DNA of 64,000 bases. It comes from Macrostomum lignano. Its lineage: Eukaryota. Within the stretch, counting starts at the first letter, position 1; each line of letters opens with the position of its first letter. The notes beneath the pieces were generated by a model. It was not told where the DNA came from, did not search any database, and worked only from the letters and a program-made list of their open reading frames with translations. The DNA is taken from positions 281,695 through 345,694 of the forward strand of contig NIVC01000825.1 in the NCBI GenBank assembly GCA_002269645.1. The letters are read 5' to 3'. This document shows positions 40,219 through 51,400 of this stretch, piece after piece. The translations under genes and the position numbers were made by a program.

Positions 40219-43200
40219 ATGGCTGAAAAAGCTCCAACAATCACCGGCGCTGAGGGCATGGACCCTGATGGCACCATCGACACCAACTGGGATCAGGTGT
40301 GCGAGTCGTTCGACGACATGGACCTGCAAGAGTCGCTGCTGCGGGGTATCTATGCCTACGGTTTCGAAAAGCCGTCCGCCATCCAGCAGCGGGCCATCAT
40401 TCCCTGCATCAAGGGGCACGACGTGATCGCCCAGGCCCAGTCTGGTACTGGCAAGACCGCCACCTTTGCCATTGCGATCTTGCAAACCATCAACACCGAA
40501 ATTCGCGATGTGCAAGCCTTGGTGCTGGCGCCGACTCGCGAGTTGGCCCAGCAAATCCAGAAGGTGGTGCTGTCCCTCGGTGACTACATGGGGGCCAAGT
40601 GCCACGCCTGCATTGGCGGCACCAAGGTCAAGGAGGACGAGGCGCAGTTTGATAGTGGAGTTCAGGTGAGTTGGCGGCAGTTCTATTCAAGGATACTTTG
40701 TCTTGTTGAACGGCCGAATAGCTTAAATTCTAACAAAAGGACTGGAAATGTAGCTAAAATCAATTTGTTTCGGGTAGCTAAATGCCAATTGAGTGAACAG
40801 TTAAGGAAGCAAATTGCCCCCTGGCCCTGAGGGATCAGGTGAGGAAGCTAATTGCCCCCATGAGGGATCAGGTGAGGTAGGTAATTGCCCCCTGGCCCTG
40901 AGGGATCAGGTGAGGAAGCTAATTGCCCCCTGGCCCTGAGGGATCAGGTGAGGAAGCTAATTGCCCCCTGGCCCTGAGGGATCAGGTGAGGAAGCAAATT
41001 GCCCCCTGGCCCTGAGGGATCAGGTGAGGAAGCTAATTGCCCCCTGGCCCTGAGGGATCAGGTGAGGTGCTAATTGCCCCCTGGCCCTGAGGGATCAGGT
41101 GAGGTGCTAATTGCCCCCTGGCCCTGAGGGATCAGGTGAGGTAGCTAATTGCCCCCCCCCCTGAGGGATCAGGTGAGGAAGCTAATTGCCCCCCCCTGAG
41201 TAATCAGGTGTGGCGTCCATAGTCTATTCAAAATAATTTCCAAGCTGTCAATAGTTAAAATGGTTGAATTTTTTGGGTTTCATAAAACGAACTTTATGTT
41301 TAAACTGGCAGAATTGAGCTGAACGATTTTGTCTAAAGTTTTTTTCTAAATTTACAATTGCTTAGCTTTAAAATTGATGTATTAAATCATATTAACAAGT
41401 TGCACGACATAAGGTGGTATTTTTTAAACATACAGCGTGCTTTAGCGTGTCTGTCTCACCTTAAAAATGAATTTACGTAGCTATTAATTTACCCGATCAA
41501 GGTCCTTGCTGCTCACTGTACACTCATTTTTATTTCCAGTGTACATTCACACTAAGGAGGGGGGGGCTTGGGGTGAGAGAGAATTTCTATAAATGGCAAG
41601 GCTTTCTGGGCGTGCTAAAAATAGTTTAGCCTGTCACGGGGCTGTCGCGTGTTGCACACGTGCGATGCAATTAGTGTTACCTCTGAAATTTGTGGCTCTT
41701 CCTGTTCTCTATTCTGAGCCTGAGAATCATGTGCTTGTATTGATTTCTAGCGCACACCCATGCGGATAGAAAATAACAGATTAATTCCATGCTTATTTCA
41801 TGCTTCCAGTATGAACTTAGTAGATCCCATCAGAAGACTTAAAATCCTAACCCCAACTGTAAGAATCCTGACCCCAACTGTAAGAATCCTGACCCCAACT
41901 GTAAGAATCCTGACCCCAACTGTAAGAATCCTGACCCCAACTGTAAGAATCCTGACCCCAACTGTAAGAATCCTGACCCCAACTGTAAGAATCCTGACCC
42001 CAACTGTAAGAATCCTGACACCAACTGTAAGAATCCTGACCCCAACTGTAAGAATCCTGACCCCAACTGTAAGAATCCTGACCCCAACTGTAAGAATCCT
42101 GACCCCAACTGTAAGAATCCTGACCCCAACTGTAAGAATCCTGACCCCAACTGTAAGAATCCTGACCCCAACTGTAAGAATCCTGACCCCAACTGTAAGA
42201 ATCCTGACACCAACTGTAAGAATCCTGACCCCAACTGTAAGAATCCTGACCCCAACTGTAAGAATCCTGACCCCAACTGTAAGAATCCTGACCCCAACTG
42301 TAAGAATCCTGACACCAACTGTAAGAATCCTGACCCCAACTGTAAGAATCCTGACCCCAACTGTAAGAATCCTGACCCCAACTGTAAGAATCCTGACCCC
42401 AACTGTAAGAATCCTGACACCAACTGTAAGAATCCTGACCCCAACTGTAAGAATCCTGACCCCAACTGTAAGAATCCTGACACCAACTGTAAGAATCCTG
42501 ACCCCAACTGTAAGAATCCTGACCCCAACTGTAAGAATCCTGACCCCAACTGTAAGAATCCTGACCCCAACTGTAAGAATCCTGACACCAACTGTAAGAA
42601 TCCTGACCCCAACTGTAAGAATCCTGACCCCAACTGTAAGAATCCTGACCCCAACTGTAAGAATCCTGACCCCAACTGTAAGAATCCTGACATCAACTGT
42701 AAGAATCCTGACCCCAACTGTAAGAATCCTGACCCCAACTGTAAGAATCCTGACCCCAACTGTAAGAATCCTGACACCAACTGTAAGAATCCTGACCCCA
42801 ACTGTAAGAATCCTGACCCCAACTGTAAGAATCCTGACCCCAACTGTAAGAATCCTGACCCCAACTGTAGGAATCCTGACCCCAACTGTAAGAATCCTGA
42901 TACCAACTGTAAGAATCCTGACCCCAACTGTAAGAATCCTGACACCAACTGTAAGAATACTGACACAAACTGTAAGAATCCTGACCCCAACTGTAAGAAT
43001 CCTGACACCAACTGTAAGAATCCTGACCCCAACTGTAAGAATCCTGACCCCAACTGTAGGAATCCTGACCCCAACTGTAAGAATCCTGACACCAACTGTA
43101 AGAATCCTGACCCCAACTGTAAGAATCCTGATACCAACTGTAAGAATCCTGACTTCAACTGTAAGAATCCTGACCCCAACTGTAAGAATCCTGACCCCAA

Positions 43201-45048
43201 CTGTAAGAATCCTGACCCCAACTGTAAGAATCCTGACCCCAACTGTAAGAATCCTGACCCCAACTGTAAGAATCCTGACCCCAACTGTAAGAATCCTGAG
43301 TTCTGACATGATTTTAAAATCCCATGGCCCCCTCGCCCCTCCCCCCCTGCCGCAGGTGGTCGTCGGCACCCCCGGCCGGGTGTTCGACATGACCAACCGG
43401 GGCATCCTGCGCACCAAGCACATCAAGATGTTCGTGCTAGACGAAGCCGACGAGATGCTTGGCCGCGGCTTCAAGGAGCAAATCTATGAAGTGTTCCGCC
43501 TGATGCCCGAAGAGGTCCAGGTTGTGCTGCTGTCCGCCACCATGCCGGCCGACGTGCTGGAGGTGACCAACAAGTTCATGCGCAACCCCATCAAGATCCT
43601 GGTGAAGAAGGAAGAGCTCACCCTCGAAGGTATTCGCCAGTTTTACATCGACGTTGAACGCGACGACTGGAAGCTGGACACCCTGTGCGACTTGTACGAG
43701 ACGCTGACCATCGCCCAGGCCGTGATCTTCTGCAACACTCGCCGCAAGGTCGAGTGGCTGGCCGAGAAGATGGGCGCCCGCGATTTCACCGTCAGCTTCA
43801 TGCACGGCGAGATGGAACAGGCGGTTCGCGACAGAATTATGCGGGAGTTCCGTTCCGGCAGCAGTCGGGTTCTGATCACCACGGATCTGCTGGCTCGCGG
43901 TATCGACGTGCAGCAGGTGTCACTGGTTATTAACTACGACCTGCCAACGAACCGGGAGAACTACATCCACAGGTGGGTCAACACATTTTACCAAAATAAG
44001 ATGATTGATAAAATTCATGGTCACAATGCCAAGGGTTCAACTCGTTTTTCACGAGTTGAACTTTCACGATCAAGATGATAAATGACATCGGGTACTTTTT
44101 GATCTACTTCACGATCAAGATGATAAATGACATCGGGTACTTTTTGATCTACTTCACGGTCAAGATGATAAATGACATCGGGTACTTTTTGATCTACTTC
44201 ACGGTCAAGATGATAAATGACATCGGGTACTTTTTGATCTACTTCACGGTCAAGATGATAAATGACATCGGGTACTTTTTGATCTACTTCACAATCAAGA
44301 TGATAAATGACATCGGGTACTTTTTGATCTACTTCACGATCAAGATGATAAATGACATCGGGTACTTTTTGATCTACTTCACGATCAAGATGATAAATGA
44401 CATCGGGTACTTTTTGATCTACTTCACGGTCAAGATGATAAATGACATCGGGTACTTTTTGATCTACTTCACGGTCAAGATGATAAATGACATCGGGTAC
44501 TTTTTGATCTACTTCACGATCAAGATGATAAATGACATCGGGTACTTTTTGATCTACTTCACGATCAAGATGATAAATGACATCGGGTACTTTTTGATCT
44601 ACTTCACGGTCAAGATGATAAATGACATCGGGTACTTTTTGATCTACTTCACGATCAAGATGATAAATGACATCGGGTACTTTTTGATCTACTTCACGGT
44701 CAAGATGATAAATGACATCGGGTACTTTTTGATCTACTTCACGATCAAGATGATAAATGACATCGGGTACTTTTTGATCTACTTCACGGTCAAGATGATA
44801 AATGACATCATGCACTTTTGCTTAATCATGCCAACATCACATTTCGGTTTCATGGAATTTTAAAGAAGCAATGGATATCGAATTCCTCCTTTGTCGTTTG
44901 CAGAATCGGCCGCGGCGGTCGCTTCGGTAGGAAGGGCGTCGCCATCAACTTCATCACCACCGACGATCAGCGGACTCTGCACGATCTGGAGACCTACTAC
45001 AACACGTCTATCGAAGAGATGCCGATGGACGTCGCCAACCTGATTTAG
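40219..45048 (+). CDS. EIF4A1: Eukaryotic translation initiation factor 4A (DEAD-box helicase). Exons 40219-40665, 43356-43972, 44904-45048; 402 aa, intact
   Basis: [61 protein letters not shown]. Introns are GT-AG in phase. The EIF4A1/2 distinction is not possible. Confidence 0.98.
40810..41210. repeat. 38-bp minisatellite (TGAGGGATCAGGTGAGGAAGCTAATTGCCCCCTGGCCC) in eIF4A intron 1
   Basis: ~10 copies; period 38 measured (40899 to 40937). Confidence 0.95.
41840..43296. repeat. 21-bp minisatellite (AAGAATCCTGACCCCAACTGT), ~69 copies, in eIF4A intron 1
   Basis: Read directly; ends ~60 nt before the acceptor at 43355. Confidence 0.97.
44064..44808. repeat. 45-bp minisatellite (TCAAGATGATAAATGACATCGGGTACTTTTTGATCTACTTCACGR), ~16 copies, in eIF4A intron 2
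   Basis: Read directly; highly homogeneous. Confidence 0.97.
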
Positions 45049-46589
45049 GCCGCGGAGGGGAGCTCCGACTTCTCTCTGGTGTTGCGCAAAGGTTGGGAAA
45101 GAAAAGATTTGTGTTGCTTGAGCGAGTGCGCGGTTAAAGCGAACCCAATCTGACTCTAATTATTCTTGTTTGTTTTGTTGTCTAAGCGAGCTGTCATCCC
45201 GAGCAGTGAATAAACTATAGTAACTAGCCGCAGGCAAATCACTTGGGATTGTGTATTAAGCCTCCCCCTCCATGTCGTCCCCGAGTTACAGCGAGTCACG
45301 ACCGTCAATAATAGAGGCCCAGCGTTACCAACTCTGTGTTCAGACAAAAAGCTTATTAAAAAAGTTGCTATTGTCATTACTATTGTTATTAATATATTTT
45401 CAATTGTTATTAATGTCGCTAATCCGATGTATGATGGGTCTGTGCGAGGCTTGTTCGCAACATGTATTAACAGTCAAATTAATATTATTAATGGCAATGA
45501 TAATAACAATGGCATCGGTTTAAACATTGACAAATGTGGTGTATAGTGTCTTGTCTTATTTATTTATTTATTTCGCTGGTTGCTACACAGTGGCGCTTAT
45601 TTTATGACAGTTTAATATTGCTTAAAGCGTAGCGAAGGAAGAGTGCCTGTATTAAAATTAAATTAAAAATAGCCATACAGTGCACAATAAATAATATCAG
45701 GTTTTGCAAAATTTTTTAACTACATTTAGGCAAGTTTTTTTCATTAATCATACTTATTAAGTTAGCGCATTATCCATGGCAGTCACGATCTTGCACCACC
45801 CTATTCAGTAGCAAGTATAGAATGCGGCAGCTATTTTAATGAGAAAGAGCAATTTAATTGGCTGGATAAAGTTGTTCACATTAAGAGAGATCGGTGTCAG
45901 AAATAATGTACATCTGTTTATCAACAGTCACTTCAGGCGTGGGGTTGGTGTTGGGCAATAAAAAAACGGAAAGAAGTAAAAGACAAAATTCAACCAATAA
46001 GGAAGTTTGGAAGATTTACCAAGGACGACAAAATGTACAGGGTACATAATTGGGTGTCCCTACTTGTTGCTATTTTTAGTTACTCTTCGCGGGCCGTATG
46101 CAAAATGTACAACTAACGGCAAGACCTCCAGGGGAATGTACATTTAGGCTATGTACATGTAGCTAAAAATAGAAACAAGCAATGACTTCACTGATTGAAA
46201 ACTTTGGCGTCCATAATAATTTTAAATTGAAGGTTTGCCCCTTCAAGAGACTATACTACTGAGTCGAAAGTAAGCAAGCGTACAATTAGTTAGAAGCACA
46301 GATACTATAAACACTAGACAGGCCACTCCAGCCAATCCTCACAACACGACAGTTTACTCTACTTTCTGCTTAGTAGTAGTAAAAACATTTTAGCGTTATT
46401 TATATTTTTTTAAAATAAAAAAAACAGATGAATGCAATGCAGCAATTGTATTGATTTTTTTGCAAAAAGAAACTTATAATTATACTTTCCACAATTCAAA
46501 GCAACATTGTGAATGCTTTAGATTGCATAGAAGGCTATATTATTGCAGTCAACTATTGTATATTTAGCAAATACGAGCTATATCATATA

Positions 46590-47906
46590 CTCCATAATCC
46601 ATATTCGTGTAGCAAAATAGAAAGATTTCTCATCTTAATCAGCTCATCTGTTTGTGAAACTCGCAGCGTGCTGTTGAAGAACAGGGTCGCCAGTCGCCCT
46701 TGTTCAGAGGCAGCATTCAGAACGGCCCAACAGATGAAAAAAACTGGCGAATGCGCCACTTCAAGGTCCAGGGATGTATCCGATGGAGAGCCAATCCTCA
46801 GTGGTTTCGTAACAGGCAGCCGATAAGCAGCAGGACTTTTGTGGTGCAGCTGCAATGAGCTGCTGATGAGATGACATCCTTTGACCAGAGCACCCCTGAC
46901 TGCGAGCGCCCTGCCGCCCAGTCGACCGCTGGAAGCTGCGCTAGCCACGCCTCCACAGTCCATGGATGCACGACTGCGCTGCACTTGCCTTGACCATCGA
47001 ATGTTGCCGCTGCAGCCGCTTGATTTGCCTGTCGCTTTCGGGATTGCCGCTGCAGCCGCTTGATTTGCCTGTCGTTTTCGGGATTGCCGCTGCAGCCGCT
47101 TGATTTGCCTGTCGCTTTCGGGATTGCCGCTGCAGCCGCTTGATTTGCCTGTCGCTTTCGGGATTGCCGCTGCAGCCGCTTGATTTGCCTGTCGCTTTCG
47201 GGATTGCCGCTGCAGCCGCTTGATTTGCCTGTCGCTTTCGGGATTGCCGCTGCAGCCGCTTGATTTGCCTGTCGCTTTCGGGATTGCCGCTGCAGCCGCT
47301 TGATTCGCCTGTCACTTTCGGCCTCGGGATCGTTGCTGCAGCCGCTTGATCGTTGCCTCTAGCGCTTGGAACCCGCGAATCGGCTGCAGAGGTGAGAGCT
47401 TTCAGCCGCAACAGCTGTTCTCGGCGCAGAATCTGGTAGCCGAAGGTTGCTCTGCCACAGCACTGGCAGCAGGCAAGTCGCAGGCTCGGCTGCAGATAGA
47501 TTGCTAATTGGCCCCAGCACTGGAGGGTACATGTCGTCTGCCTCTTCATCGTTTATCAGTCCTTTGCACAGAGGGTAGCTGGTCTATTTGAACGAGCCGA
47601 GGCAGCATCAACTCTTGGTGTGGGATTGCGTCCCAGCGAAAACAGATGTCTTGCACATCCGTGGCACTTTGTAAGGCAGCAGTAGGCCTCGTCCATAAAG
47701 TGCAAGCTGAACACACGGAGGCCCCGTGATTTAATTGTTTATAAAGGTCAATATCCACGCTCCTGCAGTAGCTGCTGCCAGCGCTTCGCCAGTGTCATCT
47801 TTTGGTAATTTATGCATTCGCAACGGATTTTTCTTTCTCGGATGTTAATAGCACTAGTACAAAGCTCGTGCAAGTGGGAGCACAGCAGTGGTTCGAATCA
47901 AAACAT
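46590..47906 (-). mobile_element. Decayed THAP-domain / P-element-like (THAP9-type) transposase remnant
   Basis: Across frameshifts: SNHCCAPTCT, HKLPKDD, LAKRWQQLL, ASVCS-LHF, RWDAIP (THAP C2CH pattern); a coiled coil RQIKRLQRQ; then SLQLHHKSPAAYRL and RLATLFF, resembling the P-transposase N-terminal region. Confidence 0.7.
47000..47350. repeat. 40-bp minisatellite (GGATTGCCGCTGCAGCCGCTTGATTTGCCTGTCGCTTTCG), ~8 copies, inside the transposase remnant
   Basis: Period 40 (47041, 47081). Confidence 0.95.
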
Positions 47907-48489
47907 TTCTCGAGTACAAGATTAGATAGAAAAGCTAGTATGCACTCGAACTTTCTTTAACTCTGACTCTTGTCCTGTTCATCTATATAAGCTTGTATTT
48001 AAGCACGATTCACCACCCCCAAATTTTCTAACCCACAACCTCTCAACCCCCACCCCTAACCCAGGCTAGCTATGTGCAGTCCTTTATTTTCTATCCCACC
48101 ACCAGTGGGCCTAAATTATCGATCCACTCACCCTGCCTTATACGAAACTGATATTAACCCTATTCCAGACTACCCCCCTTCCTCCACTTTGAAAGATAGC
48201 GGCATTGCACACTGTCTGTCGCGTCTTAATGTACACCATTACTGCACAAAACAAGTTAGTTGTTTATGGCGTTAGCAAAACGATGTCTTAAAAACAGTCA
48301 CTCGATTTGTCTAATTTAGCAAATAATACTGTTGCTTCCTTTCATTGCTACTAAGCAGAAAGTAGAATAAAAAACTTGCCCAGAAAATTAGCCTGAGTGG
48401 CCTATCTAGTGTTTATAGTATCTGTGGTTAGAAGTGAGTGGCAGTGAAGTTGGCTGCATCTGTATAGCAACAATGGCAAAACAGCTATT

Positions 48490-51400
48490 TTATATAATGG
48501 TTCCATTGAGCCCCCTCTGATCGGGGTCTGCATCTGCGGAAGTCTCAAATGTCGACGCTTTGGTAGAGGCACTCCAGGTGACTTGCTCGGCCACCGCCCG
48601 CTTGTGCCAGCGCGCCGCGCGCAGCACCGGCATGGCGAAGATGCTCAGCAGCACGAGCAGGGCGCAGGACAGGGCAACGTAGAATCCGCCATATGGCAGA
48701 GCTGACAGGCTGCCTGAGCACTCCGTCACGACCGTCTCCAGGACGCTTGACAGACCGCTGCAGCGGCCGATTCGGGTTAGAATTTTGGACAGCAGACTGT
48801 TGAGGGTGGCTGCCAGCTCGGGTGTGTATTCGGACAGCACCTGGAATTTGGAATTCGGAAATCGCTTTGGAGTGTTTTTAAAATTGAGGTTAGCATTTTA
48901 TTTTGGTCCGAATACTTCGTATTTAGTTCCAGTCATGTATATCAGGACAGAGATATCAATCACAAAAAGATTGACTTGTCCGCATCAATTGGTCCACTTT
49001 AGAGGACTGGGATATTCACTGAAGACCTGGGTGTCCACTTTGAAGACATGGGTGTCCAACCCTGAAGACAGGGGTGTCCAACCCTGAAGACATGGGTGTC
49101 CAACTCTGAAGACAGGGGTGTCCAACTCTGAATATATGGGTGTCCACTCTGAAGACAGGGCTGTCCAGCTCTGAAGATATTGGTGTCCACTCTGAATACA
49201 GGGGTGTCCAGCTCTGAAGACATAGGTGTCCACTCTGAAGACATAGGTGTCCACTCTGAAGACATAGGTGTCCACTCTGAAGACATAGGTGTCCACTCTG
49301 AAGACATAGGTGTCCACTCTGAAGACATGGATGTCCACTCTGAGGACAGGGGTTTCCACTCTGAGGACAGGAGTGGGCACCCGTGCCAGAAAAGCCCAAC
49401 CCGACGATCACCTGATCGTATCGGGTCGCCACCGCAGTCAGCAGGGCGGTGCGGTTCGACAACGCCACCTTCAGCTCGGCCAGCCTGGCGGTCACCTCAA
49501 CCGTCAAGTTCATCACCAGCCGGTTGTTTTGCAAAGTTAGAAAATGCCGCTTCATCTCGTTGAGGCTGCCGTTCAGAGCGGGGTAGTCACTGGTGTACAT
49601 CCCGTTGAGGTTGTCAGCGAAGTGCTGGATTAAGATGGCCCGATTATCGGACGGGTTCCTGTCCAGCAGGATTCGAACCATGGCCTGCAGATCGCCGAAC
49701 AGCAGTGGCAACCGGTCGCCGATGGCCAGCAGTGGCTTGGACAGCTCAGCTATGCTCGCCGAGAAGTCCTGCGTGTCGATGATGTTGGCGAACTCCGGCA
49801 GGACAGCCAGGATGCTGTCCACCTCCGATGGGATCAGCGTGCTCGCGTCCAGGTCGCCGACCAGCTTGTTGACCATTTCTCGGCCTGTGTGAAGCAGTTG
49901 AGTCAGCACAATAATACTGCCAGCTCAGCTAAATGTACTTCTGCTCAGCTACCTCTGCTCAGCTATCTCTGCTCAGCTACCTCTGCTTAGCTATCTCTGC
50001 TCAGCTATCTCTGCTTAGCTATCTCTGCTCAGCTACCTCTGCTCAGCTACATGTACCTCTGCTCAGCTATCTCTGCTCAGCTATCTCTGCTTAGCTATCT
50101 CTGCTCAGCTACCTCTGCTCAGCTACCTTTGCTCAGCTACTCTGCTCAGCTACATGTACCTCTGCTCAGCTACTTTTGCTCAGCTACCTCTGCTCAGCTA
50201 CATGTACCTCTGCTCAGCTTCCTCTACTCAGCTAACTCTGCTCAGCTACATCTGCTCAGATATCTCTGCTCAGCTACCTCTGCTCAGCTATCTCTGCTCA
50301 GCTACCTCTGCTCAGCTATCTCTGCTTAGCTATCTCTGCTCAGCTACCTCTGCTCAGCTACATGTACCTCTGCTCAGCTACCTTTGCTCAGCTACCTCTG
50401 CTCAGCTACATGTACCTCTGCTCAGCTTCCTCTGCTCAGCTAACTCTGCTCAGCTACCTCTGCTCAGCTACATGTACCTCTGCTCAGCTAACTCTGCTCA
50501 GCTACCTCTGCTCAGCTACATGTACCTCTGCTCAGCTTCCTTTGCTCAGCTACCTCTGCTCAGCTACATGTACCTCTGCTCAGCTTCCTCTGCTCAGCTA
50601 ACTCTGCTCAGCTACCTCTGCTCAGATATCTCTGCTCAGCTACCTCTGCTCAGCTATCTCTGCTCAGCTACCTCTGCTCAGCTATCTCTGCTTAGCTATC
50701 TCTGCTCAGCTACCTCTGCTCAGCTACATGTACCTCTGCTCAGCTACCTTTGCTCAGCTACCTCTGCTCAGCTACATGTACCTCTGCTCAGCTTCCTCTG
50801 CTCAGCTAACTCTGCTCAGCTACCTCTGCTCAGCTACATGTACCTCTGCTCAGCTAACTCTGCTCAGCTACCTCTGCTCAGCTACATGTACCTCTGCTCA
50901 GCTTCCTCTGCTCAGCTAACTCTGCTCAGCTACCTCTGCTCAGCTACATGTACCTCTGCTCAGCTACCTTTGCTCAGCTACCTCTGCTCAGCTACATGTA
51001 CCTCTGCTCAGCTTCCTCTGCTCAGCTAACTCTGCTCAGCTATCTATGCTCAGCTTCCTCTGCTCAGCTAACTCTGCTCAGCTTCCTCTGCTCAGCTATC
51101 TATGCTCAGCTATGCTCAGCTATCCCTCTGCTCAGCTACCAGAGCACTCAGCAGCACTCGCCTCTATAAAGCTCCTTCTTGACCATGTCAGCCTCCAGCA
51201 AGTCGGTCAGGTTGAACGCAGTCACCAGATTGTAGATTTGGAATATCGTGGCGCTGGAGTTCTTGCAGTCGCGCAGCAATACGCCCAGCAGGCCCTTCGG
51301 CAGCATCGACTGCGTCAGCGGCACAGGAAATTCAATCTTCTCCGCCAGCAGCCGCTGCACCACCGGCCACAGGTCGTCGTCAATCATCCGATCGAGCTGC

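Noticed and set aside
44021-44863. ORFs with 15-aa repeats ([15 protein letters not shown] / [15 protein letters not shown])
   Set aside because: 45-bp array inside eIF4A intron 2, bounded by in-phase GT-AG sites.
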